Source: a virus
Lineage: Duplodnaviria; Caudoviricetes
Length of the DNA stretch: 63,053 bases
Strand: one strand, 5' to 3'
Virus record (IMG/VR): IMGVR_UViG_3300037076_000066
Span: 1 to 63,053 of that record
Shown piece after piece: positions 9,586-20,000 of the stretch; the first letter of the stretch is position 1, and the number at the start of each line of letters is the position of its first letter. Made by a program: the position numbers and the translations under genes. Under the pieces are notes generated by a model that ran no database searches, was not told where the DNA came from, and was given only the letters and a program-made list of their open reading frames with translations.

Positions 9586-9613
9586 ATATTATCAGAATTA
9601 TTAAAGAAGTCAA
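9586..9613 (-). promoter_or_regulatory. Early sigma70-type promoter, repeat copy 3
   Basis: TTGACT TCTTTAATAATTCTGA TAATAT, 6 nt before ATG 9579. Confidence 0.75.
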
Positions 9614-9619
9614 CTAAAA

Positions 9620-10081
9620 TTATTCAACGACAACAGTTTCTTGAAATTTGATTTTATCCGAATAAGAAATCATTGTTGGGCTGACTTTATAATCATCAAC
9701 TCGTTCAAGTAGATGAATACCGGCAGATTTAAATGCAGCAAATGTTAATTGAGAACAGGTATAACGATTTCTCTCTTCTTCATTGATATATAAAATAAAT
9801 CCTAATAATGCCACCCAATCATAATTCTTTCCAACTTGAGATTCTAAAAATTTAATTATTTCCCGTTCATGTGATTTAGGAAAGTGAGGAATTTCATATA
9901 AATCAACTATTTTACCTTTTTTATCATCAATTACTTTGAGCCTCCGAACTCCTTTAAAGGGGCGGCAATCATATACTATATCGTTGATTTTAACATTGAC
10001 GTGACAATATATACCTCGACAAAAGAAGCAAATTAATTTATCAATCCAATCAAGGGGTCGATGAAGGCATATCAATATCAT
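9620..10081 (-). CDS. Permuted papain-like NlpC/P60 (YiiX/YaeF-like) enzyme
   Basis: YCHV (His) precedes GKNYD...YTCSQL (Cys); start placed at 10081, 5 nt after ATATTTATA. Confidence 0.75.
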   Translation of the reverse strand: MILICLHRPLDWIDKLICFFCRGIYCHVNVKINDIVYDCRPFKGVRRLKVIDDKKGKIVDLYEIPHFPKSHEREIIKFLESQVGKNYDWVALLGFILYINEEERNRYTCSQLTFAAFKSAGIHLLERVDDYKVSPTMISYSDKIKFQETVVVE

Positions 10082-10115
10082 ATACATATAAATATATGAT
10101 TAGGATATAGAAATA

Positions 10116-10463
10116 TTATTTATTTTCTAAATATTTTGTAGGACCGAATCCTTTATCAGTAAAACCCCATTCTATGGGCAATGGAAGCCCATTAATTAAA
10201 CACTCAATATAGATCAAATCCATATCCCTAACCCATTCTACTGTCATATCATTCAATAATTTATCTCTTAAATCATTCATAATTTTACCATTTACAGATT
10301 CCGAAATTGCTTGAGTTCTTATACATTCTATCTCTTTATCAATATCAACATTTAGCGGAGTTTCTCTTAATTGATATGACAGTTCTTCGCTAATACAGTA
10401 TTTAGAATATCTCAAATCATCTCGTAATTGTGGAGTATGGAGAGTTATTACTTTAGTTTTCAT
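10116..10463 (-). CDS. Hypothetical protein
   Basis: 115 aa ORF downstream of guaC. Confidence 0.6.
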   Translation of the reverse strand: MKTKVITLHTPQLRDDLRYSKYCISEELSYQLRETPLNVDIDKEIECIRTQAISESVNGKIMNDLRDKLLNDMTVEWVRDMDLIYIECLINGLPLPIEWGFTDKGFGPTKYLENK

Positions 10464-10472
10464 ATTATATGG

Positions 10473-11456
10473 TCATTTTCTATTTTTTGGGGCAAGCGAA
10501 TTTTCCTTGATCTCAAATGTAGCGTTCCCGATAAAATCAGTTAATGTCTTGTATTTTGAGTATGATATAGCCGATGATAGACCACCGACCAAATCATCAA
10601 CTAATGTTGATAAGGGGACTAATTCTTCTTCAATTTTGATTTCTTTACCTTCACTATGACGTTTAATTCCTCCCCACTTTTCTTGTTGTTTGTGACTGGC
10701 ACCTCCATAATAAATTCCATCTCCCGATATATTAGTTTCTGCTTCAATCGCACGAGCAAAATATCCTCCCATCATAACAAATTCACTTCCTGATCCGAAA
10801 CTTTTAGCCGCATAATTACCATTCTTAATTCCTCCATCGGCAACTATATAATTGTTACACGCTTCATTTTTATGATGATCACGCTCATTTGATACTTCCA
10901 TAATCTCTGTTATTTGACCTCTGTTTACGCCTGTTGAATCCGAGGTTTTACAACAGGACCCTCCACTAAGGCCGACTCTAATATATGTTTCAGCACATAT
11001 ATCTACTAAATTTTTAAATCCTTCACCTGTATGAACATTACCGACCATCATCTTTTTAACGTCTGCTATTTCCTTAATTTTTGCTACTGTATTTTGTATA
11101 CTTGGTAAATACCCATTAGCAATATCCAATAGAAAATTATTAACTCCATTTTCTGCTAATATTTTTACTCTTTCCCAATCATTCAATCCAACACTTACAA
11201 ATACATTATTTTTATTGGTTAATTTGTTATAAATATTTAACTGATATTCAGGCTTACAAAATTTATGAAGACATATTGATAATCCCAATCTATCGGCTTC
11301 AATAGCAAAAGTTTCTCCTACAATTGCTGACATGGGAGATACTATGATTCGATGTAATTCTTTAGGAACTTCCGTCCGAGAATTGATAGTTGCGGGTTGA
11401 GCAATTATATTAACGTCATTATAATATAAAGATTTGGTTTTTAAAATTGTAGCCAT
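10473..11456 (-). CDS. guaC: GMP reductase / IMPDH-family oxidoreductase
   Basis: SPM, LDIANGY, MVGNV, RVGLSGGSCCKT (catalytic Cys loop), VADGGI, VMMGG, SEGK; no CBS domains. Confidence 0.8.
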   Translation of the reverse strand: MATILKTKSLYYNDVNIIAQPATINSRTEVPKELHRIIVSPMSAIVGETFAIEADRLGLSICLHKFCKPEYQLNIYNKLTNKNNVFVSVGLNDWERVKILAENGVNNFLLDIANGYLPSIQNTVAKIKEIADVKKMMVGNVHTGEGFKNLVDICAETYIRVGLSGGSCCKTSDSTGVNRGQITEIMEVSNERDHHKNEACNNYIVADGGIKNGNYAAKSFGSGSEFVMMGGYFARAIEAETNISGDGIYYGGASHKQQEKWGGIKRHSEGKEIKIEEELVPLSTLVDDLVGGLSSAISYSKYKTLTDFIGNATFEIKENSLAPKNRK

Positions 11457-11470
11457 AATAATATGCCACG

Positions 11471-11498
11471 ATTATAAACTATCTATCAGAGAAGTAAA
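11471..11498 (-). promoter_or_regulatory. Sigma70-type promoter for guaC
   Basis: TTTACT-16 nt-TATAAT, 14 nt before ATG. Confidence 0.5.
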
Positions 11499-11509
11499 CT
11501 TATTTTAAA

Positions 11510-12889
11510 TTATTTGCTACCCATGCAATCGGAGCATTTTGAATAATCACCATATGTTGGATCAAATAACTTGCCGCAATTTTTACATTTACATTTAGAT
11601 TTTTCAGCAATTTCATTTAATTTATTGCCATATTTCTTAGATAATTCACGAGCCATAGCATAAACTGTTTTATCATTGTTAGGATATTCTGATTTTAATT
11701 TACGATATAATTTCTTGGGGAAATTAGCCGGAAGAGTTTCTTCCAAATTTCCCAAATTACTCATTTCAGAATTTGTTTTTGTATATTGATTAGGAGCATC
11801 TTCTGGTTCTCTTGGAATATTAGCACCATTATCACGAGGATGAACCGAAGTAATATCAGATTCACTTAAATTAAACATCTTTCTAAAATGATTGTATCCA
11901 TAACAAACATCTCCACGAAAAGCGTAAACACAAATATCAACTTTTCCTGATGGATACTTACCATTACAATATTCAAATTTTTCCTGTCCGTTACCCGTTC
12001 TTAAAGTAAATGGCTCTTCTCCTTGTCTTTGAGAAACATATTCAACATAATCAACATCTTCATCGGGATTATTAGTTTTATTTTCATCCATTTCTCCACC
12101 CCCTTCTTCTTCAATCATTTCATTGGCCGTATCTTTAGCAACATCATAGGCACCTTGATAATCTCTCGTTCTTAATAAATCTTCAATAGTATCAAGACCA
12201 TTGGCAAATGTAGAAGTGTCGGCTAAATCATCCGATGTTAGTCCCAATTTATTTCTTAATACCGAATCAATCATTCTTTTTGCGGCAAGACGACTATCCA
12301 TTGTAGTTGCCCATTTTTCAACGGTAGCAAGTCCTTTTGGAGATAAAATACCCGTTTTCTTATTATCTTCTTCCATAGTTCTCATTTTATCATTCATTGC
12401 TTTATAAGGATTAGTAGATTCTCCCGGCTGCATAGGACAATTAACTCCCATTGATTGAGGATCAAATCCTTCTCTCAAAGTTCCAAATCCAGCAGGTCTA
12501 TTCATTTTTAAATTGTTGTTTCTCGATTTCTTGGCAGTGTTCCATACTCTCATAGCAAGGAGAAGCTGTCCATTTCCCATATTTACTGGTTGTCCTACTT
12601 TATAGGTAAATCCATAATTATGTAAGGGTTCTCCAATATATTTTCCATCTTTAATATTATCAGATACCCATTTATTAATATCAGAATAACGCTTTTCTTC
12701 GGGAACGGGCCACTGACTTTCATCAATATCATTTTGAGGTTCATCACTGCGAACTCTCATTTCAGGAGCATGAGAATGTTCTGAAGAATTATCTTCTTCT
12801 CCCTTAGAAATAGGTTGATTATTAATTGGGAGTTGAATATCAGAAATTTCTTCCGTTACGCATTGTTTGATAATAGATTTTAGATTCAT
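11510..12889 (-). CDS. Hypothetical modular acidic protein, possible internal head protein
   Basis: 459 aa next to the prohead protease; many hydrophobic-x-E motifs; C-terminal Cys cluster. Confidence 0.65.
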   Translation of the reverse strand: MNLKSIIKQCVTEEISDIQLPINNQPISKGEEDNSSEHSHAPEMRVRSDEPQNDIDESQWPVPEEKRYSDINKWVSDNIKDGKYIGEPLHNYGFTYKVGQPVNMGNGQLLLAMRVWNTAKKSRNNNLKMNRPAGFGTLREGFDPQSMGVNCPMQPGESTNPYKAMNDKMRTMEEDNKKTGILSPKGLATVEKWATTMDSRLAAKRMIDSVLRNKLGLTSDDLADTSTFANGLDTIEDLLRTRDYQGAYDVAKDTANEMIEEEGGGEMDENKTNNPDEDVDYVEYVSQRQGEEPFTLRTGNGQEKFEYCNGKYPSGKVDICVYAFRGDVCYGYNHFRKMFNLSESDITSVHPRDNGANIPREPEDAPNQYTKTNSEMSNLGNLEETLPANFPKKLYRKLKSEYPNNDKTVYAMARELSKKYGNKLNEIAEKSKCKCKNCGKLFDPTYGDYSKCSDCMGSK

Positions 12890-12893
12890 AAAA

Positions 12894-13520
12894 TTAGTTT
12901 AATTCTGATAAGATATTGTGGATTAATTCATCGGTTCTCGTCCATTGATTCGTAATAGGATTTTTAATAATTCCTTCCGATAAAGCAATCTGGTCACTTT
13001 GATGTAAAAATGCTCCTTGAGTTGAGGGATTAGAAACTGCGTCGAATGCGACCATCTGAAGGTCATCGTTTACTATAACTGTCGATTCTGATATTTTTTT
13101 AACAGTTCCAGTTGCACGACTAGAAATACCAACTTTAATGCCGCATTTAAATAATTCTCGTAAAATATTTCCGCTGGGAGTAGTTAAAATTTCTAAAGTG
13201 CCAATCAAATCATCACCTTGCCACGTTAAATCAATTATATTATGAGATACATTTTTTAAATTTACGATCTCACTATCAGGATGGTCGCATTCTCCCAATG
13301 CTCTCCTGTCCTTGACGAATGTATCGATATATGTCTGAATGCTCTTCTCTAACACACCACTTGGGTAAATGCGACCATTCTGATTTTTGACTCCTTTTCG
13401 TTGAACTATTCCCTTCACTCGAAATGGTTTATTTGGATTTGCTATTGACTCATGTAATAATGCACCGTCCGGCTCAAACATCATACATTCCATCAGTAAT
13501 TTTTTATTGGTATCATTCAT
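12894..13520 (-). CDS. gp21: Prohead protease, T4 gp21-like
   Basis: KNQNGRIYP, ALGECDHP, VSH, GISSRATG, FDAVSNPSTQGAF. Confidence 0.95.
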   Translation of the reverse strand: MNDTNKKLLMECMMFEPDGALLHESIANPNKPFRVKGIVQRKGVKNQNGRIYPSGVLEKSIQTYIDTFVKDRRALGECDHPDSEIVNLKNVSHNIIDLTWQGDDLIGTLEILTTPSGNILRELFKCGIKVGISSRATGTVKKISESTVIVNDDLQMVAFDAVSNPSTQGAFLHQSDQIALSEGIIKNPITNQWTRTDELIHNILSELN

Positions 13521-14272
13521 AGTGGTATAGAATAAGTAGGGAATGATTTATACAATTTATTATATTTCTCACTATATCTTATTATTTCTTTAACTTTGTT
13601 AGTCTCTAGTAACTTGGCCGTTCTATCTAAATCTTTAAACTTTCGCCCTTTCTTCTCGTGAGATGGTTCATCATATTCAAATGCAATTAAATTTATAACA
13701 TCATATCCATCAAGTGAAAACGTATTAATGACCTGTTCGCCTCCGTTTAATGCATGTCGGAAATTATATCCCAATAAAATGCTATATTTATCAATTGCCT
13801 GACATGCCGTAGGATTGAATGCGGGAATTATCCAAGTTTGATTAACGCTTCGATTCATCCGTTTAATTGCGGAAGTTCTCATTTTAGCTCTGCATTCCGG
13901 AGAATATGTTCGTGACTTGGCAACGCACGAATAACATTCGCAATCAATTCTGTTGGCGGCTTTATTGGCGGTTGATGCTGGAATTTCTGACCCGCATGAA
14001 TTGCATCTGTGACACCATTTTTGTAGATTTTCATTAAACCATATTAGATTTTTTTCAATCGCACTCAAAACCATTGGAGACGTAAATCTATTTTTCTTAG
14101 GAGATGGTTTACCATGAAAATGATGTAATTTTCCTGTTTTAGAACAAGATAAGCACAGTCCTTTATTTTTATTTCTTATGAGTGAGGCGTTTAAATTTTT
14201 CTCTGAAATATATGAAAGAACCTTATTACAATTTGGGCAATTTCGTTTCCATAATTTATCATCGCAATTCAT
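13517..14272 (-). CDS. Putative free-standing homing endonuclease (Zn ribbons + PD-(D/E)xK/Vsr-like domain)
   Basis: RNCPNC, CLSC, then HALNGGE...LDGYD...FEYDE; paralogous to 32117..32851. Confidence 0.7.
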   Translation of the reverse strand: MNCDDKLWKRNCPNCNKVLSYISEKNLNASLIRNKNKGLCLSCSKTGKLHHFHGKPSPKKNRFTSPMVLSAIEKNLIWFNENLQKWCHRCNSCGSEIPASTANKAANRIDCECYSCVAKSRTYSPECRAKMRTSAIKRMNRSVNQTWIIPAFNPTACQAIDKYSILLGYNFRHALNGGEQVINTFSLDGYDVINLIAFEYDEPSHEKKGRKFKDLDRTAKLLETNKVKEIIRYSEKYNKLYKSFPTYSIPL

Positions 14273-14277
14273 AAAAT

Positions 14278-15423
14278 TTAATCTTTTCTATATATCTTTT
14301 TTACTGTTATAACATATTCGCCTTTAGATTTATCCAATTCCAAATTGGTAACTTTCTGTGATTGTTTGGCGTTGTTTAGAATAAAATTTTCCAATTGTTG
14401 TTTTTCAAGTTTATATTTCAAATATATAGTTGGAACTTGTATTTGAAATACAGATACCAATATTCCTCCTTCTCTTTCATCTGTCCATCCAATTTTCTTA
14501 ACAAAATCGATCATAGGAGTATTTTGTTTTTTTAATAAAGGAGGAAGCCACGTTGAAATATCTTCTACAATAGATTCTATTGAATATGCCGCATGTTGTT
14601 TCTGGGTTCCTGATTCTTCTGTTTCTTTTATGGGAGCCGGTTGAACTGGTGGATTATTATCAACGACTGGTTGAGTTTGAGGAGTTGATGGTTCTTTTTT
14701 TGCTAGATTTACACCTTTTTGGGGTGATGATTGACCCGTTGCCGGTCCTAAAATTTTTATTTGTGATTTAACATCAAGAAAATATTCTTTCGGCTTCGAT
14801 GTATGCATATCACGAGCAATAATAACTTGTTCTCCTTTATTATAAGGATCAGTTATGATTACATTGGAAACATCAAATTCGAATGGTTTAGATGGTTGAT
14901 GATAGCCCCTAGATGCCGTTGCTAATATTCTTTTTCCATTTAATTTTGCTCCAATTGCGGTTTGAAATTTCTGTTTTAGTTGTTCTGCTGAACTATCCAT
15001 TAAATGTTTAAATTCGGAAAAATCGTGGCCGACATTATAGAAATCTCCACTAATTTCTGATTGTTCCATTAATTTTTTTAGAGATAAGTGTTTATTCTCA
15101 TTTAAATTTCCACGGGGAGGACGAGTAGCAAAAGGAGCAACTGAACTTCTCGATGCATAATTAGGATCAAATTCGTCGGCATCTCCCAATGCTAAATTAT
15201 GAGATTTTGCAATACTTTTTACTATTAAGGCATCCAATTCAGGAGTTACTTCAATGGGAGTTTGTGTTCCTAAATTATAAACATTATTATAAGTTATATC
15301 ATTACCGGTAAATTCCCACTTATCAACCATAAATTCACGACCATCCGGTAAATAAATTTCTTCATTTCTTCCATAGGGAAGATCAATGCCGTGGAATTCT
15401 TTTATTTGAGATTTGTAATCCAT
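14278..15423 (-). CDS. Hypothetical protein, head region
   Basis: 381 aa between portal and protease. Confidence 0.7.
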   Translation of the reverse strand: MDYKSQIKEFHGIDLPYGRNEEIYLPDGREFMVDKWEFTGNDITYNNVYNLGTQTPIEVTPELDALIVKSIAKSHNLALGDADEFDPNYASRSSVAPFATRPPRGNLNENKHLSLKKLMEQSEISGDFYNVGHDFSEFKHLMDSSAEQLKQKFQTAIGAKLNGKRILATASRGYHQPSKPFEFDVSNVIITDPYNKGEQVIIARDMHTSKPKEYFLDVKSQIKILGPATGQSSPQKGVNLAKKEPSTPQTQPVVDNNPPVQPAPIKETEESGTQKQHAAYSIESIVEDISTWLPPLLKKQNTPMIDFVKKIGWTDEREGGILVSVFQIQVPTIYLKYKLEKQQLENFILNNAKQSQKVTNLELDKSKGEYVITVKKIYRKD

Positions 15424-15425
15424 AA

Positions 15426-16049
15426 TTATTCCGTCATTGCATCAGGTTTACGATTAAAATCTTGTTTTCCTTGGGGAGTTAGCTCGTAGCCAAGAGATTT
15501 AGAGCCTTTCATAGCAGCACTCGACCCACCTTCTCGTTTAGAAAAGGCAGCGGGAATGTTGTATGCTCCAGCCGAACTGGCGCATGAAATTTCTTCTAAA
15601 TATTCTTCATCGTCATTCTCCATAACTCTCTTATTAATAGGTAATTGGCCATTAACAGGAGCAACTGCTGAGGTGGCAGATTCTTCTGAAATTTCCGGCG
15701 TAGGGCTTCCCATTAACATTTTTAGTGTTCCTGAAATTTTAATTTGATTACTACCGGCTTTACGATATGCCATAGGAGCATATCCGTCACTTGTCTCTGC
15801 ATGTGCTTTACTCCACAATTCAAGTCTATTGTTGGATTGATAAGTTTTTAATGTTTCAAAAGCCTGTTCAATGTCATTTATGCCACTCGTTCCTCGCCAT
15901 ACTACATTAAACGAGCCGTCCGGCAAACTTTCCTCGATAAATAAATTATTCTTATCCGATACATTGTGAATTTCATTCAACAACGTCTTGGTTATCATTG
16001 TTACTAAGGATTCCAATTGTGATTTTTTAATGGTAGATTTAGGTTTCAT
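15426..16049 (-). CDS. Hypothetical protein, head region
   Basis: 207 aa; EISCASSAGAYNIPAAF. Confidence 0.7.
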   Translation of the reverse strand: MKPKSTIKKSQLESLVTMITKTLLNEIHNVSDKNNLFIEESLPDGSFNVVWRGTSGINDIEQAFETLKTYQSNNRLELWSKAHAETSDGYAPMAYRKAGSNQIKISGTLKMLMGSPTPEISEESATSAVAPVNGQLPINKRVMENDDEEYLEEISCASSAGAYNIPAAFSKREGGSSAAMKGSKSLGYELTPQGKQDFNRKPDAMTE

Positions 16050-16954
16050 TTTAATAATGTTTTATTTCCGATATGCGAATTTACCTCTTTTAGTAATTCG
16101 TAAGAAAGCATTAATACAGTTACATGACTATCCTTTACAACTTTTGCCGGATTAATTTTATCTAATTGATTAATAACTTCTTTTATTTTAATCTTAATTA
16201 CGTCGGAACCCTTGATATTCTTAACGGCTTCCAATAAATTAACTTTGATCTTATCAATATGACTTTTAACAAATACATCAAATTTATTCGTATTGGATAC
16301 ATTACAAATATATTCTTTCAAGATCATTTTCTGCTCATCATCAAGAACACTAGAATATTTCTCATTTAATTTTTCAGCTAGTAATTTATAAGTTAATAAA
16401 CGAATATCTTCTGTTTGAGATTTGTAATAGTTTAATAATTGATCGTCTTCTTTAATAATGGGTTTATTTGTTAAATGTTCAACAATAACTGTTTTGGCTT
16501 GATAGATTTCATCAATTTCAAATTTTACATCATCCGATACGACATTTTCAAATAATTTATAGATAGAAGCCAACATCTTGTAATTCTTTACCGGTGATTT
16601 TAACATCTGCTCGATAGGATATAAACTCTTAATTTCTTTTATTAATTCGTATTTTTCCAATGCTAATGCCGAATTGTTAATCTTTTTACGAGCATCTAAT
16701 ACCGTCGAATAGTATCTTTCGGCTAATTGTTCCGTTTTAATTTTTTCATTCAATAATGCATTGTAAAGTTGCCATTCCCGACCCATTTCCGTGTTTTTAT
16801 TAAAAAACTTATGGAGAATGGTTGATGCCTTTGATGAAGTCTGACCAGCAATAATATCAGCCGTCACCTGTTTCGTCAGTAACTCGAATAAAATACCGGT
16901 ATTTTTAAACTTGGAGTGTTTCATTCGTTTTTGACTATTGGTAATTTTATTCAT
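16046..16954 (-). CDS. Hypothetical helical protein downstream of portal
   Basis: 302 aa; KHSKFKNTGILFELL N-terminal motif. Confidence 0.75.
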   Translation of the reverse strand: MNKITNSQKRMKHSKFKNTGILFELLTKQVTADIIAGQTSSKASTILHKFFNKNTEMGREWQLYNALLNEKIKTEQLAERYYSTVLDARKKINNSALALEKYELIKEIKSLYPIEQMLKSPVKNYKMLASIYKLFENVVSDDVKFEIDEIYQAKTVIVEHLTNKPIIKEDDQLLNYYKSQTEDIRLLTYKLLAEKLNEKYSSVLDDEQKMILKEYICNVSNTNKFDVFVKSHIDKIKVNLLEAVKNIKGSDVIKIKIKEVINQLDKINPAKVVKDSHVTVLMLSYELLKEVNSHIGNKTLLK

Positions 16955-17006
16955 GGCTTTAGTTGATAAATATAAATATAGTTATTTATGACGAAAATGT
17001 AATATA

Positions 17007-20000
17007 TTATTCCGATTTTACATTTTCGTCAATTGTGGGTGATACAGTTACATCGATAATGTTCTCGGCTATGATAGTAGATGGAGTCGGATCGAAAAAT
17101 TCACGCAATCCCATTATAAATTCACCTTTATTCTTTTTATTACTGGGTTTGGGTTTTAATTGTCCCTTAACTTCTTCCAATGATAGAGGAGAATCATTTT
17201 CAAAGTTGTGATATAATACACTCTTTCTCTTACCTTCACTATTTTTTCGAGGTTTTCTATTTAATTCATTTTGCCCAAGGGGGTCTTCTCCAAAGGGATG
17301 ATCATTGGCATCGTGTTCACCCGACTGATCTCGGTCGGGACTATGTTCTTCCTTAACTATATCTTCCGGTTTACCTTCTTCTGGTTCTTCGGCAGGTATT
17401 CCCTGTTTATCAGATTCACCCTTCTCATCTTCCGGCGTACCTCCCTCGCCTTCACCTTCTTCGTCACCACCGCCTAATCCCCCAAGACCACCCATTCCGC
17501 CACCACCACCACCACCCGACGAAGAGCCTTTTTCTCCACCATGCCCACCAGCACCAATTTTCTTAAACGGTTTAGCCGGATCATCTCCTTCCGTTTCAAT
17601 AGATTCTAATCTAAATTTCTGCTTGGCATCTTCAACTAATCCCTTGGTAACTTTTTCAATATCATCATCTGACATTTTAAATACATTTTTATATATCCAT
17701 TCACGATTATATATTTTATTATCAATCATATCCGTTGCCAATGCCGTCTTATCCGACCAAATTTCTAATTTTTCTTTTTCAAAGATAGTGCTGGAATTAG
17801 TAAGTTCAACTTTAAAATCAATTAAACTCTCATCACGATATCCTTGAGCATATAAATGAATAATACCAATATTTTCTAATTCACTCCCTATTATCTTCTG
17901 AATCCGTTGAATAGTTCTCGCAAATCGCAAATCTTCCTGCGATAAATTTGCTTTGCCTCCGGTTGATTCATCAAAAGTTAAGAATGCTTTAGGCATTTTT
18001 AATGCGGCAAACATCTTATTTTTAAGATAATCAATATCATCAATACCTGTCCATTCCATTCCGGGCAATGTATCAATTTTCGTTCCTGAATCGCCACCAC
18101 GAACTGGAATAAATAAATCGTCCAACATGTTTTGAAGATTGAATTTTAAATTATATTCACCCGTTCGCTCATCAACATATGGAACTTTTCTCATCTTATC
18201 CATCAACCTCTGCATATGATTATCAACTTCAGCCGGAGCAATACCACCAATATCTGTATAATAAATACGACGTTCTGGAGCACGAACAACACGATGGATC
18301 ATCATTGCGTCTTCGAGAAGACTCAATTGCTTCCATACCCTCCGTGCTCCCTCAATCACACTCTTACCGTAGGGAATGAAATTGGAGTCGCTCAATAATC
18401 TAAAATGAGACATCTGATATCGTTCCAAAACTTCTGCTTGGGATGTATCGGTTGGACGAATTTGAAATTTTACATATTTCTTATTATAAGGATCAGAATT
18501 TTCAATTCTCTCAACATTATAAGTAGAAATCGGTTCCACCATATAAACACCATATTCGGGATTTACATAAGTTTTTAAGTAAAAATCACCATATTTAACA
18601 AGATTTCTTGTCCATGACCAAAGATTAAAGTCAACATGTAAAATTTCTTCATAAAGATTATATAATATCTCTTTTATGTTATTATCTTCGCAATGAACTG
18701 TTACTATTTTACCTAATTCGTTCATGGTTACGCATTCATCACTGTAGATGTCCAATGCGCTAGACAAGATCGGATCTTGATCCATCGTATTGTGACAGAA
18801 TACACTATCCGTAGCAAAGTTTTGATATTTTTCTACAGTAACATCATAAACATCAATTTCACCTACACATTCAATAGAAACTATTTTATGATTTAATTTA
18901 GAAACTATTTCATTTTTAAAAGTATTATTTTGTTCTATGTTAGACATAAAACGTTCTTCATACATAAATTTTGAATAACTTGATACCTCGTTTATAATTT
19001 TTTCCGAATCTTCGTGTTTTATCTTCGGAAAATTTGATTTTAACAAATCTGTATTGGTGACATGATCTGGGCAACTGACATGACACTTTCTACAAAGGGG
19101 AATAAGATTATTTTCATTATTAGCATCTAGGGGATTTTCAAATAGGCGAGGCGTTATTATATGATGAACCGATAATGTCTCGTTCAGTTCTTGTTCATTT
19201 TTAGCACATTCTTGACATACATATTGATACTTTTCTCTTATTTTCTCTCGCAATTCATGCCAGCCCGAAGATTTTAAATATGGTTCTTTAACCTTCCAAG
19301 TATCACCCCCAACATACAAATAATGATTTTCACCCTTAAACGAAGTTGAAAATACTTGTAATCTACATTCATCCGAACAATATTTTGATTTTTTATTTTT
19401 TGGAGTAATATTATATTCTTTTCCACATGACTTACATTGATTTTGGTATAACACGGTGGGTCCGGTAGTTTCACCTAGTATCATACATTCTTTTGAACAA
19501 TATTTTTTATTGTTTGGATTTAAGAATTCCACATTACAACTAAGACAAACTGTTTTATTTCCTTTATATGCCGGGCAATTTTCTCCCCTAAAATTAATAC
19601 TTCTATAATTAGCATAACACGCAAGAGAACAGAATTTGTTGGGACTACTATCAAAAAATCCAAAATTTTCTTTACAAGCTGGACAATTCTTATAATGAAA
19701 TTCTCTATATGCATTTAAGCCGGGTTGATATATTTTATTATCTTTCTGATAAAAAGGCATTACCGACTCGCCAACTCTTAAATCTTTAATGACCTTATAT
19801 TCCCCATTCCTCATAAGAAATGGATGCCCTTCACTTCCAATGACGAATTTACCATCATCAAATACAACTTTCCAGCCAACTCTTTTACCTTCTTTTTTAC
19901 GAGGATGATATGCATTACCCAATTTCATAGAATCTGATTCATGATCATAAGAAAACACATGAAACCGTTCTTGGGGCGAATCTTTATATTTTTCTGTTAA

